64,000 bases of DNA, taken from positions 4,377-68,376 of the forward strand of contig JBAUIH010000022.1 in the NCBI GenBank assembly GCA_049682755.1, in the 5' to 3' direction. Shown piece by piece: positions 9,791-19,400 of this stretch; within the stretch, counting starts at the first letter, position 1; each line of letters begins with the position of its first letter. The notes under the pieces were generated by a model that worked only from the letters and a program-made list of their open reading frames with translations, did not search any database and was not told where the DNA came from. The stretch is from Candidatus Aminicenantales bacterium. Lineage in GTDB: Bacteria > Acidobacteriota > Aminicenantia > Aminicenantales > UBA8522. A program made the position numbers and the translations under genes.

Positions 9791-10881
9791 CCTAAGTTAT
9801 GTTTTCGTTTTTTGGAGTCCAGGTCTTCGAGGAAGCGGACGATCTTGGCGTTTCCGGAAGGGAACGGAAAGCGTTTCAAGGCGCGGAGGCTCACCCAGCG
9901 GTGGACCGAACTCCTCAACCTGGGAGGGTCGTCAAGTTCGCATTCGAAGGCGAACAGGCTGACCTGGAAAAGGCTGTAGGCATGCCGGACCTTGAGGATC
10001 AGCTTCGCGCGCCGCGCCTCGACTCCAAGTTCCTCTCTGAGTTCACGGCGGAGCGCTTCGCGGAGCGTCTCTCCCTTTTCCCTCTTTCCGCCCGGAAATT
10101 CCCAAAGGCCGGCGAGGAGGCCTTCCGGAGGTCTTTTCTGGATAAGATACCTCCCCTGATCGGTGATGATGCCGACTACGCTTTCGATGCTTTGATAGGA
10201 CCTTTTCTGGGGCGGAGGGATGACCTCCTGTTCCCCCTTTTGGTAGGCAAGGCAGAACCTCTGGACCGGGCAGAGAAGACATCTCGGGTTCTGGGGACGG
10301 CAGACGAGCGCTCCGAGTTCCATCAGAGCCTGATTGAATTCGCCCCCGTTTTCGGCGGGGAAAATGTCCCGGATCCTCTTCCGCAGGATATGATCAGTCC
10401 GAGTGCCGGCCTTCCTATGGATTGCGCAAAGCCTCATTCCCACCCGTCTGACATTGGCGTCCAGGACGGGATAGGGTTTGCTGTAGGCGATGCTGAGGAC
10501 GGCCGCCGCGATATATGGGCCGACACCGGGAAGGGCGATGAGATCCGTGTATTCGCCCGGGACAGAACCGCCGTATCTCCGACAGATCGTCCGGGCCGCC
10601 CGGTGGAGATTCCTGGCCCGCTGGTAATATCCCAGACCTTCCCAGGCCTTGAGGACCTTGCGGGGGGATGCCCGGGCCAGGGCATGGATATCCGGGAAGA
10701 GTCTGAACCATCGTGAATAATAGGGAAGAACGGCGGGAACGGTGGTCTGCTGGAGCATGACCTCGGAAACCCAGATCCTGTAGGGGTCCTTGGTCTCTCT
10801 CCACGGGAGCTTGCGGTGATGGCTCCTATACCATCGCTGGATCTCTCGGGCCAGGGTGTGGTTCGCCTTCTTTGCGGCCAT
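9787..10881 (-). CDS. mutY: A/G-specific adenine DNA glycosylase with C-terminal NUDIX-like domain
   Basis: HhH-GPD region LPGVGPYIAAAVLSIAY. 4Fe-4S loop CRPQNPRCLLCPVQRFC. MutT-like C-terminus GLWEFPGGKREKGE. The ATG at 10881 is the likely start; the listed TTG at 10911 would overlap the DUF4340 gene. Confidence 0.85.
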   Translation of the reverse strand: MAAKKANHTLAREIQRWYRSHHRKLPWRETKDPYRIWVSEVMLQQTTVPAVLPYYSRWFRLFPDIHALARASPRKVLKAWEGLGYYQRARNLHRAARTICRRYGGSVPGEYTDLIALPGVGPYIAAAVLSIAYSKPYPVLDANVRRVGMRLCAIHRKAGTRTDHILRKRIRDIFPAENGGEFNQALMELGALVCRPQNPRCLLCPVQRFCLAYQKGEQEVIPPPQKRSYQSIESVVGIITDQGRYLIQKRPPEGLLAGLWEFPGGKREKGETLREALRRELREELGVEARRAKLILKVRHAYSLFQVSLFAFECELDDPPRLRSSVHRWVSLRALKRFPFPSGNAKIVRFLEDLDSKKRKHNLG

Positions 10882-10907
10882 ACGTTCCGCCTGTCCTGGG
10901 TCGCCGG

Positions 10908-12311
10908 TCAACCCTCTTTCTCAGTGTCTTCGGCCTTTTCTTTCCCTTTCACGGGCTTTTCGGGGGGAAGGATATTCCAGTCATCGGCTGCCTTAGGCCA
11001 ATCATCCAGGAATGCAGCATCCACCCGGAAGAGGTATTCGAGTTCCGGATTCCTGACGATAACCTGATTTTTATCCGGGTCTGTGTTGCCGACCTGGACT
11101 CTGTATTCTTTGTCTTTGTCGTCCTCCTTGACCCGGACCATCACCTCTACCTGGGGTTCGGCGAGGCCGTAGTCCTTCAGATCGGACGGGGAGTCGACGA
11201 ACTCAACGGCCTCCAGGCTTTCCACTTTCCGGATGAAACTCTCGACCTTGGCCCCGTCCGCTTCTTCCTTCTCCGCATCCTCAAACCGCCATTTCCCCTC
11301 CCCGTCTTTGACGACGCTCAATTCGAGATCCCCCCGTTTGATGTGCAGTCGGGAAGCCTCCCAGCTGTTGAAAACGACGACCTGCTTCTCCCTCAGGTCC
11401 TCGACTTTTTTTTCGATGTCGGTGAGGACCCTGTCTTCGACGGTGACGACCTTGGTCGAGAGCGAGGTCGTCGCGTAGACCTTATCGTCCTGCTTGTGGA
11501 GGGAGAAAACGACCTCCTGGTTGGCCGCAGGGAGATTGAGCGAGACGACGTATGCGGCGTCCTTGAGACCGAACCGCGAGAGGTCCGCTTCCTGCTTCTC
11601 TTCAGCGACGAATTCCTTGGCTCGAAGACCCGAAAGCGTCCGGAGCACGTCCTCGACCCCGCTTTTCTTGGCCAGAGCCTTGACCGGGCTCTCCAGATAC
11701 CATTCTCCTTCCTTCTTCAGCGCCTTCCAGGCGATATCCTCGGACTCAAGCTTTACGGCGACTACATCGGCGGACTCGAACTTGAAGATGTCTTTCTGGC
11801 GAAAATCGAAGATCTTTTTGTCCAAAGCGCTCTTGAGGGTACTGGAAAGCAGGACGATCCGGGGATCGTCCTCCCGTTTGGCGAAGAGTGTATTGTCGAG
11901 GGGATTCTCCATGCCGATGAAAATCTTGACCGGTTGTTCTTTGCCCTTGATCCAGAGGGTGAGTTCGCTTCGGGGGATCTCATACTTGGCCGGGTCGCCC
12001 TCGGTTTCAACCACCCGGTCGAACTTGAGCGTGGAGAAATCGTCGACCAGGCGGTTGACCTCATAGGCATCGGCCCTGGCTTCAAGCGGTTCCGAGATCA
12101 GCCAATCCCCCTTGTCGTCCCTGGCAAAAGTGATGGTCTCATCCTCTTTTTTCAGGGTGAGCTTTTCGATATCCGCTGCGGCCAGGTCGACGAGCGTTTT
12201 TTCCTTTTCTTTTTCCTCCTGGCGGGCCTTGCTTTTCGAATCAAAAAACAGTATGGCCGCGAGCAGAACAAGAAAAATCAAAAGGAGGATGAGTGTAGTC
12301 TTCGGTTTCAT
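10908..12311 (-). CDS. DUF4340-family protein (GldG-associated), N-terminal membrane anchor
   Basis: N-terminal TM segment followed by K/E-rich segments. It is stop/start-coupled to the GldG-like gene through an ATGA overlap. Confidence 0.55.
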   Translation of the reverse strand: MKPKTTLILLLIFLVLLAAILFFDSKSKARQEEKEKEKTLVDLAAADIEKLTLKKEDETITFARDDKGDWLISEPLEARADAYEVNRLVDDFSTLKFDRVVETEGDPAKYEIPRSELTLWIKGKEQPVKIFIGMENPLDNTLFAKREDDPRIVLLSSTLKSALDKKIFDFRQKDIFKFESADVVAVKLESEDIAWKALKKEGEWYLESPVKALAKKSGVEDVLRTLSGLRAKEFVAEEKQEADLSRFGLKDAAYVVSLNLPAANQEVVFSLHKQDDKVYATTSLSTKVVTVEDRVLTDIEKKVEDLREKQVVVFNSWEASRLHIKRGDLELSVVKDGEGKWRFEDAEKEEADGAKVESFIRKVESLEAVEFVDSPSDLKDYGLAEPQVEVMVRVKEDDKDKEYRVQVGNTDPDKNQVIVRNPELEYLFRVDAAFLDDWPKAADDWNILPPEKPVKGKEKAEDTEKEG

Positions 12312-13906
12312 AGCGACCTTCTCCTGACCCAGACAGAAATTCCCAGAATGAGGATAATGAGGGGAAGGATGATGACCGAAACGAAGAAGATCATCCGCCC
12401 CTGGGAAGGAGTGAATTGGACGGTCCGGGGAGAAGACGTCTTTGGCTGAATGGAGATCAGGTCCGACTCCTCGGTCAGCCAGTTGACCGTGTTGAGGAAG
12501 AGGTTCCCGTTGCCGGAGAGGTTGTAATAGCGGTTGCTGGCGAAATCGGAATCCCCGAAGACGGCCAACCGGCCTTCTTGCTTGGAATTGGCGGCCGGAG
12601 GCTCTTCCACCTTCTGCGCCTCCATATTTTCTTCGGACGGTTCTTGAGAGGATTCTTTCTTCTCCGGCGGCTTCACCTCGAGAGTGGCCACGACGGCCAG
12701 CGAGACGGGCCCTTGCGTGTCCTTGTCTTTGTCGAAGGTCACCTGCTTCTGGTCCAGCTGCCTTTCAGACCAGGAGTTTGGGCTGGTCTTTCCGAGGGCC
12801 GATAGGGTGATCCCTACGGGCTTCGGGTCGGCCGGCTCAACCGATCGGGCATACGGAAAAAAGGTCGCATAACGGAAGTTGCGCGTGATCTCGTGGATCT
12901 CGTATTCAGTGATCACCGGCATGAAATAATCCCCCCCGAAGAGCCGAGAGATCGTATCGACGACGACGTCATCCTCGAGCGTTACGCCGAATTGAAGGAG
13001 GTAGGGGATCAGGCCGGGAGCGGTCTCCGGGTCGACCATGAAGAAGACGCGTCCGCCGTCTCTGAGATAGTTGCCGATCGTCTCGAGTTCATTCGGCAGG
13101 AGGTCCTTTTGAGGTCCCGGGACGACGAGGAGCGAGCAGTCCTGAGGGAAGGTCTCGGAGAGCGCCAGAGTCAGTTTGTTGGCCTCATAGCCCAGCTTCT
13201 GAAGCTCGTCCTTGGCGAAAGAATAGCCGAGATCCTCGGCCTGCTCGATGCTGTGCTCCCCATGGCCCTCGAGAAAATAGATGGTCTTCTTGCTCTCCCG
13301 GGTCACTTTGATCAGGGCGTTGGTGAGGTCCTCTTCCGTCGTGGTCGTGATCCGGTTTTCGTTGGCGCCCGCTTCCAGGACGGTCGTGCCGTCCTGGGTG
13401 ATGTTGTAACCCTTGACCAACCCCGGGTTCTTGTCCGGGTCGATGAATTCGTACTTGATCTTCCTGGAGTAGTGGACATAGTTCTTGAGCAGGTCCTCCA
13501 TCTTGGAGCGGCCGTAATTTCCGTCCCGAAAGAATCCCTTGACCTGGACGTCTTGCTTCAGGTTCTTGAGGACCTGGATGGACTGGTCGGAGAGGCTGTG
13601 GAGCTTGGACTCCGTGAAATCGAGACGGTAGTTGTGGCGGGACAGGAAGGAGTTCAGGAGGACGAGGATGGCCAGGACGATGACGACGATGAGGACGAGA
13701 TTCGACGAATAGAGAAAGGACTTGCGGCTGAGAGTGTTCTTAAGAGTCGGGATGTTGAGAGCGATGTAAACCCCGATGGCAATGATGCCGAGACCGAGCA
13801 CGACCAGGGCGGCGGATTTCCGGTGCGGCCAGATGCGCATGGCCATCAGGGCCAGAAGCACCATCATCAGCCCGATGGAGTTGAGGTTTTTCTTGAGGGT
13901 TTCCAC
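12308..13906 (-). CDS. GldG-like ABC-transporter auxiliary component
   Basis: TM helices at the N- and C-termini flank a large extracytoplasmic domain. It sits between the ABC-2 permease and DUF4340 genes. GTG start. Confidence 0.6.
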   Translation of the reverse strand: METLKKNLNSIGLMMVLLALMAMRIWPHRKSAALVVLGLGIIAIGVYIALNIPTLKNTLSRKSFLYSSNLVLIVVIVLAILVLLNSFLSRHNYRLDFTESKLHSLSDQSIQVLKNLKQDVQVKGFFRDGNYGRSKMEDLLKNYVHYSRKIKYEFIDPDKNPGLVKGYNITQDGTTVLEAGANENRITTTTEEDLTNALIKVTRESKKTIYFLEGHGEHSIEQAEDLGYSFAKDELQKLGYEANKLTLALSETFPQDCSLLVVPGPQKDLLPNELETIGNYLRDGGRVFFMVDPETAPGLIPYLLQFGVTLEDDVVVDTISRLFGGDYFMPVITEYEIHEITRNFRYATFFPYARSVEPADPKPVGITLSALGKTSPNSWSERQLDQKQVTFDKDKDTQGPVSLAVVATLEVKPPEKKESSQEPSEENMEAQKVEEPPAANSKQEGRLAVFGDSDFASNRYYNLSGNGNLFLNTVNWLTEESDLISIQPKTSSPRTVQFTPSQGRMIFFVSVIILPLIILILGISVWVRRRSL

Positions 13907-13909
13907 GGC

Positions 13910-14677
13910 TTATCTCCAACGGCGGGACAGGATCACGGAGTGAGTCAGAAAGATACCGAAAAAGGCGAAGCTGAGGTAATACACCAAATCCTTGGTGTCC
14001 AGGATGCCGCGCGTCATGTCGTCGAAATGCTGGAAGATGGAGAGGTAGTTGAGAACGCCTTTCCAGATCCCCGAGGTGGAATAGGAAGCCCAGTTCAGGA
14101 TCCAGAAAAGAAGCAGCGCGCCGAATGTCAAAATCGCTGAAACGACCTGATTTTTGGTCAGCGAGGAGAAAAAGAGACCCGCGGCAATAAAGGCGGCTCC
14201 CATAAGGAAAAGCCCCAAATAGCCGTTCAGGATCTGGGGAAGTTCAGGATTTCCGAAGGCGAAGGCGAATACGGAAAGGGAACCGGACAACCCCAGCATG
14301 GCGGCCAGCACGAGGAGCGCCGCCAGGTACTTGCCCAGGACGATCTGGCTGACGCTCAACGGCGAGGTGTAAAGCAGCTCGTCCGTTCCGCTCTTCATCT
14401 CCTCGGAAAAGAGACGCATAGTCAAGAGGGGCAGCATGAGCAAGAGGATGATGCTGATGTTGTGAAAGAGAGGCGTGAAAACCATCTGGTTGATGTTCAT
14501 CTGCTGAGCGTAGTAGGGGTTTTGGGCCATCTGAATGGCCTGAGAGTTGAACCACCAGAGCGCGCTGTAAAAGAAAAAGCCGGTGAGGACCAGGAATACG
14601 GCGATGACCACGTAGGCGATGGGCGAGGAGAAGTAGGTCTTGATTTCTTTTTTGGCAATCGACCAGATATTTCTCAT
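13910..14677 (-). CDS. ABC-2 family transporter permease (GldF-like)
   Basis: Six-TM ABC-2 architecture. The start MRNIWSIAKKEIK at 14677 directly abuts the ATPase stop. The listed ORF extends to 14758. Confidence 0.65.
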   Translation of the reverse strand: MRNIWSIAKKEIKTYFSSPIAYVVIAVFLVLTGFFFYSALWWFNSQAIQMAQNPYYAQQMNINQMVFTPLFHNISIILLLMLPLLTMRLFSEEMKSGTDELLYTSPLSVSQIVLGKYLAALLVLAAMLGLSGSLSVFAFAFGNPELPQILNGYLGLFLMGAAFIAAGLFFSSLTKNQVVSAILTFGALLLFWILNWASYSTSGIWKGVLNYLSIFQHFDDMTRGILDTKDLVYYLSFAFFGIFLTHSVILSRRWR

Positions 14678-15600
14678 TGTTCGATCCCTCCTGAAACGAT
14701 TTGGCGGTAGAGATCTTCGATATTCAAAGATTCGGTCCGCATCTCCAGGAGTCCCCATCCTTTTTCCACGACCAGTTTGGCCACGGACTCACGCAGGTCT
14801 TTGTCCGGACTCCACTCGACGGCCAACTCACCGTTATGGCGGGCGGCCGACTCTACGCCGGGAAGCTCTCTCAAGGCCGCCAGCGCCTCCTCGTGGGCTT
14901 TCCGGAGCCTCAGGATGACGCCCGTTTTTTTGCGGAAGGACGCGGTCAGTTCCTCGAGAGACCCCGAGGCCATCAACCGGCCTTCGTTGATGATGGCCAC
15001 CCCGTCGCAAGTCTGGGTGACCTCCGGCAGGATGTGGGTCGAGAGGATGATGGTATGGTCCCCCTTGAGAGACTTGATCAGCCCGCGGATCTCGATGATC
15101 TGGGCGGGATCGAGCCCGATGGTCGGCTCGTCCAGGACGAGGACAGCGGGGTTGTGAATCAAGGCCTGGGCGATGCCGACGCGCTGCTTGTAGCCCCGGG
15201 AGATGTTTTGGATGAGCCTTTTGCGGACATCCTTGAGGCCGCTGATCTCGATGGTGCGCTCCAGGGCCGCCTTGCGTTTGCCGGAAGGAACCTGTTTGAT
15301 GGCGGCAACGAAATGCAGATAATCGGTGACCGTCATCTCAGGGTAAAGCGGAACAACCTCGGGCAAGTAGCCGATGACTTTTTTAGCCTCGTTCGGCTGC
15401 TCGAAGACGTCGAACCCGGCGACGGCCGCTTTTCCCTCGGTAGCGGGAAGGTAGCCCGTCAGGATCCTCATCGTCGTTGTCTTGCCGGCGGCGTTGGGGC
15501 CGAGCAGTCCCCAGATCTTGCCTTGGTCGACCTTGAAACTGAGGTCCCGGACAGCCACAAGATCGCCGTATTTCTTGGTAAGTTGCTCGACTTCAATCAT
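14674..15600 (-). CDS. ABC transporter ATP-binding protein (GldA-like)
   Basis: Walker A (GPNAAGKTT), ABC signature (ISRGYKQR), Walker B (LVLDEPT). Confidence 0.85.
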   Translation of the reverse strand: MIEVEQLTKKYGDLVAVRDLSFKVDQGKIWGLLGPNAAGKTTTMRILTGYLPATEGKAAVAGFDVFEQPNEAKKVIGYLPEVVPLYPEMTVTDYLHFVAAIKQVPSGKRKAALERTIEISGLKDVRKRLIQNISRGYKQRVGIAQALIHNPAVLVLDEPTIGLDPAQIIEIRGLIKSLKGDHTIILSTHILPEVTQTCDGVAIINEGRLMASGSLEELTASFRKKTGVILRLRKAHEEALAALRELPGVESAARHNGELAVEWSPDKDLRESVAKLVVEKGWGLLEMRTESLNIEDLYRQIVSGGIEQ

Positions 15601-15661
15601 GCTCTGACCTCCTTTCTCTTTTTAAAACGACCCGTCAAGCCCTCCGGGTTCCCGGCGCCGG

Positions 15662-17611
15662 CTACATTTTCTCGGGCAGGGGGATGCCCATCAGGGAAAG
15701 CGCCTTTCTGAGGATCTTGCGGATGGTGTCAATCGTCAAAATCCGGATATTCCGGAGCTCCGGATCGGCCTCGCCAAGGATCGAGTAGAGATGATAGTAA
15801 GCATTGGTCTTCTGGCAGAGATTGAAGGTGAACTTGGCGAGATGCGAAAATTCAAGGGAATAGACGGCGTGGAGGATGATCTCTTCGAGTTGCGCAGCAT
15901 ACAGCATGAGGTCCCAGAAATTGCCGGCCTCGCTTTCTTGAAGCCGCGACACCGGGATGTCCACCCGGTTGCGCAGTGCTTCAAGCTCGGACGGCCCGAG
16001 GCCGGCTCGATCCTCGAGCTTCTTGAAAATGCTGTTCAAACGCACATAGGTGTATTGCAGATAGGGGCCGCTTTCTCCTTCAAAACTGAGAGCTTCCTCA
16101 AAATCGAAGACGACCACGGAATTGCGGGCGAACTTGAGCATGAAATAGCGGAGCGCCCCGCAGGCGATCTGCCGGGAGATGGCGTCTCTCTGTCCGGCAG
16201 GAAGGTCCGGATTTCGTTTTTCGACCTCGACCAGAGCCTTGTCCGCCAGCCGGTCGAGGAGGTCGTCCGCTTTGACACCCAGGCCTTTCCGTCCCGAGAC
16301 CTCGAGGAAGCTGCGGTCCTTCTCGTTTTCCGAGACTTCGTAGCCGAGCTCTTGCAGGCTCTTGGGCGAAAGGGCGACCATCTCGTAGGAGTAATGAATG
16401 GATTTGCCGGCCTGCTCAAGGTAGCCGAGCGAGCGGAGGCCCTGGACGACGATTTTTTGGAGGTAGGATTGGCGGACGTCGATGACGTTGTAAACCTGGC
16501 CGGCACGGCCGAAGGCTAAGACATGGTCATTCGGCGTCGTCGTCGTTATCCAGATCGTCCTGCCGTTTTCCTGGAGGAAGGGCTCGTAATAGAAATCTTG
16601 ACCAAGAAGACCGAATTTCCAAAGCTGATAGGCGATGTCTTTGCCGACATAGGTGACCGTCCCGTCCGAGCGGACAATGATCTTTTCCCGTTCAGCCTCC
16701 TCTTCCAACCGCATCACCCAGCAGCCGGCGTTTTCTCCCTGAGAAGACAGGTAAACAGCCTTTTTTTCTTTGAGCTGGCGGAAGGCTTTTTCCCAAAACT
16801 TGAGCCCGAGGATGCTGCTTTCGCAGGGGAGGAGGTCATAGTTGACACCGATCCGCCTCATTGTTTCCAGATGGGCTGTGATGATCCGCCGCGAGACGGC
16901 CTGACTCATGGCCGCTTCCGGCGATTCACCCTGCTCGATCTTTTGCAGGATTTCGGCCCTTCTGGGTTGGGCTCCGGGGTGGACTTCGAGATAGGAAACG
17001 GTCCGGGCATAGAGGTCCCAGCAGAAATAATCGAACTTGCCGGGGATGTGTTCGAGGTCAGCCGGGCTCATTTTCTCCAAATCCATCAATCCGAAGACGA
17101 CGTCCACCACCTGGACGCCGGTGTCGTCAATGTAGTTCTGGACCTCGACCGTCTCTCCCTTATATCTCAGGCAACGGGCCAGGGTGTCGCCCAAGCAGGC
17201 GTTTCGAAGATGGCCGATGTGAGCGGCCTTGTTCGGGTTGATGTTGGTGTGCTCGATAATGACCTTGGAGTGTTCGGAGGAAAGGGAAGATGCGTCGATC
17301 GAATCGAGTGAATTGCGGAAGAACGCTTTTCGGTCCAGGTATAGATTGATAAAGCCAGGCCCGGCGACCTCGACTTTCTCGACTCCTTGGAGGTCGGACA
17401 GCAAAGGGAGCAGGTCCTGGGCCAGCTTCCGGGGATCGGCCTTCAGCTTTTTGGCCAGTTTGAACGGAAAGGTCAGGCTGAGATCTCCGTAGATCTGCCG
17501 AGGTGTGGAGGCGATCTCGATCTCGGCGTCGTCCAGGGCCATGGTCCCTTTGACCCTGGCCAGGATATCTTTTTTCAGCCGGTCTTTGAGCTTGATCATC
17601 GGAGTCCACAA
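15662..17611 (-). CDS. argS: Arginine-tRNA ligase
   Basis: HIGH motif (AHIGHLRN). Class I ArgS architecture of about 650 aa with a C-terminal DALR-like region. Confidence 0.9.
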   Translation of the reverse strand: MWTPMIKLKDRLKKDILARVKGTMALDDAEIEIASTPRQIYGDLSLTFPFKLAKKLKADPRKLAQDLLPLLSDLQGVEKVEVAGPGFINLYLDRKAFFRNSLDSIDASSLSSEHSKVIIEHTNINPNKAAHIGHLRNACLGDTLARCLRYKGETVEVQNYIDDTGVQVVDVVFGLMDLEKMSPADLEHIPGKFDYFCWDLYARTVSYLEVHPGAQPRRAEILQKIEQGESPEAAMSQAVSRRIITAHLETMRRIGVNYDLLPCESSILGLKFWEKAFRQLKEKKAVYLSSQGENAGCWVMRLEEEAEREKIIVRSDGTVTYVGKDIAYQLWKFGLLGQDFYYEPFLQENGRTIWITTTTPNDHVLAFGRAGQVYNVIDVRQSYLQKIVVQGLRSLGYLEQAGKSIHYSYEMVALSPKSLQELGYEVSENEKDRSFLEVSGRKGLGVKADDLLDRLADKALVEVEKRNPDLPAGQRDAISRQIACGALRYFMLKFARNSVVVFDFEEALSFEGESGPYLQYTYVRLNSIFKKLEDRAGLGPSELEALRNRVDIPVSRLQESEAGNFWDLMLYAAQLEEIILHAVYSLEFSHLAKFTFNLCQKTNAYYHLYSILGEADPELRNIRILTIDTIRKILRKALSLMGIPLPEKM

Positions 17612-17795
17612 TTATAGCAAAATTTTGTGCCTGGACAAGGGACTGAGGAGTGATAACGATTCCGGAATGATGGGCACAGGGGGCTGCCCATCAAGAATTT
17701 CAAATAATACAGGAATTTTGCTTGGTCGAGACTCCGCTTGCGCCGGGGCGGTTTCTGTGATAAAAAAGAAGATTCTTCCGGAGAGGAGAAAAGCC

Positions 17796-18890
17796 ATGAA
17801 AAAAACGCGTCTGCATGATTCCCACAGAAAGCTCAACGGCCGGATGATCGAGTTCTTCGGCTGGGAGATGCCGGTCGAATACAGTGGGATTATTGCGGAG
17901 CATCTGGCGGTTCGCGCGTCCGCCGGGCTTTTCGATGTTGGTCACATGGGTGAATTCCTGATTCGCGGAAAAGACGCCCTGCCCCTGGTCCAGTACCTGA
18001 CTCCGAACGACGCGGCCCGGCTGGCCCCTTATCAAGCCCAATACTCGGCCCTGACAACGCCGCAGGGGACGTTCGTCGATGACCTCTTGGTCTATTGTCT
18101 TGGGCCCGAGGAATATTTGCTGGTCCCCAATGCCGCCAATACGGACAAGGACTATGCCTGGATCGTTGCCCATAAGGCCGGGTTTGATGCGGTGGTTGAG
18201 AACGCCAGCGACCGCTATTCACAAATCGCCCTCCAAGGGCCCAAGGCCCGGGAGATTCTTCAGACCTTGACTGATGTCGACCTGCTCGGACTCAAGCGTT
18301 TTTGGGCGCGACCCGGGAAGGTCGCCGGGCTTGACTCCCTCATCTCGAGAACCGGCTACACGGGAGAAGACGGCTTCGAGATCTACATGACCGCGCCGGA
18401 GCCGGGTTTCGTCTGGGAAGAAATCATCAGGACGGGGAGTCCCCACGGTCTTCTTCCCGTCGGGCTCGGCGCCAGGGACACCTTGCGGCTCGAAGCCAAC
18501 TTGATGCTTTACGGAAACGACATCGATGAGACGACCACCGTGCTGGAAGCCGATCTCAAATGGATCGTCAAGTTCAAGAAAGGGGATTTCCTTGGACGGG
18601 ACGCTCTGGAGAAGCAGTTGGCGGAGGGGATCAAAAGGAAGATTGTCGGATTCGAACTCAGGGAGAAGGGTATCCCCAGGCCGCACTATCCGGTTTTTGT
18701 CAAAGGGCAGAAAGCCGGGGAAGTCACCTCCGGGACATATTCCCCGTATCTGAAAAAAAGCATCGGTTTGGTTTATCTACCGGTCGAGCAAGCTGTGAAC
18801 GGAGTCGAGATAGAAATCGGGATCAGGGATAAAAGGATTGCGGGTGTGGTCGTTCCGACACCCTTTTACAGGCGGGAGACGAACCCTTGA
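17796..18890 (+). CDS. gcvT: Glycine cleavage system aminomethyltransferase (T protein)
   Basis: The true start ATG is at 17796 (MKKTRLHDSHRKL...), preceded by GGAGAGGAGAAAAGCC. The listed ORF starts at 17505. Sequence is typical GcvT (GWEMPVEYSG...FDVGHMGEF). Confidence 0.9.
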   Translation: MKKTRLHDSHRKLNGRMIEFFGWEMPVEYSGIIAEHLAVRASAGLFDVGHMGEFLIRGKDALPLVQYLTPNDAARLAPYQAQYSALTTPQGTFVDDLLVYCLGPEEYLLVPNAANTDKDYAWIVAHKAGFDAVVENASDRYSQIALQGPKAREILQTLTDVDLLGLKRFWARPGKVAGLDSLISRTGYTGEDGFEIYMTAPEPGFVWEEIIRTGSPHGLLPVGLGARDTLRLEANLMLYGNDIDETTTVLEADLKWIVKFKKGDFLGRDALEKQLAEGIKRKIVGFELREKGIPRPHYPVFVKGQKAGEVTSGTYSPYLKKSIGLVYLPVEQAVNGVEIEIGIRDKRIAGVVVPTPFYRRETNP

Positions 18891-19010
18891 CAGCCCCATT
18901 GCCGGTTACCACAACCAGGCGGTTTATTATAAAATGGAGGTCCTCAGGTGATCTGTTGAGAAAGAGGACCGCCAGCGGCTTTTCCAGCCGGATTCTCTGA
19001 GAGGAGGCAG

Positions 19011-19400
19011 ATGATGTATCCTAAAGAATTCTATTTCACCAAGGACCACGAATGGGTCAAGATCGAAGGGGATGAGGCCACCGTCGGAATCACGGATTTC
19101 GCCCAAAAACAGTTGGGCGATGTCGTCTATGTTGAGCTTCCCGCCGTCGGAGCGCCGCTCGATGTCCATCAGACGATCGGAGTGGTCGAATCGGTGAAGG
19201 CCGTTTCCGACATCTACTCTCCGGTCTCCGGAGAAGTCGTCGCCGTCAACGAAGGCCTCAATGATTCTCCCGAAACGCTCAACCAGGACCCGCACGGCCA
19301 GGGCTGGATCATCCGGCTGCGGCTCAAGAACAAAGGGGACCTGGAGAAACTGCTGACGGCCGGAGACTACGAAAAATTCCTGGAGGGCTTGGCCCCATGA
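19011..19400 (+). CDS. gcvH: Glycine cleavage system H protein (lipoyl carrier)
   Basis: The lipoyl-lysine region VESVKAVSDIYSPVSG is typical of GcvH. Confidence 0.9.
   Translation: MMYPKEFYFTKDHEWVKIEGDEATVGITDFAQKQLGDVVYVELPAVGAPLDVHQTIGVVESVKAVSDIYSPVSGEVVAVNEGLNDSPETLNQDPHGQGWIIRLRLKNKGDLEKLLTAGDYEKFLEGLAP

Noticed and set aside
10872-12449. Long antisense ORFs, for example 525 aa on the plus strand opposite DUF4340; others at 12893-14140, 32617-33867, 38906-40213, 52611-54905
   Set aside because: These are shadow ORFs, expected in roughly 60% GC DNA where stop codons are rare. Their translations are low-complexity (Gly/Asp/Leu/Arg-rich) with no motifs. The opposite-strand genes have clear conserved domains.
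17612-17795. Possible glycine riboswitch in the gcvT leader (divergent argS/gcvT region)
   Set aside because: I could not find the conserved glycine-aptamer elements (GGAGAG P1, ACCGAAGGAGCAA-type junction, CUCAGGCAAAAGGAC-type 3' side). Only a generic 7-bp hairpin (AUGGGCA...UGCCCAU) is present, and the region is short for a tandem aptamer. An Rfam scan would be decisive.
18891-19010. Possible regulatory RNA in the gcvT-gcvH spacer
   Set aside because: It contains only an SD (GAGGAGG) and no conserved structured motif that I can recognise. It most likely is a simple intercistronic spacer.
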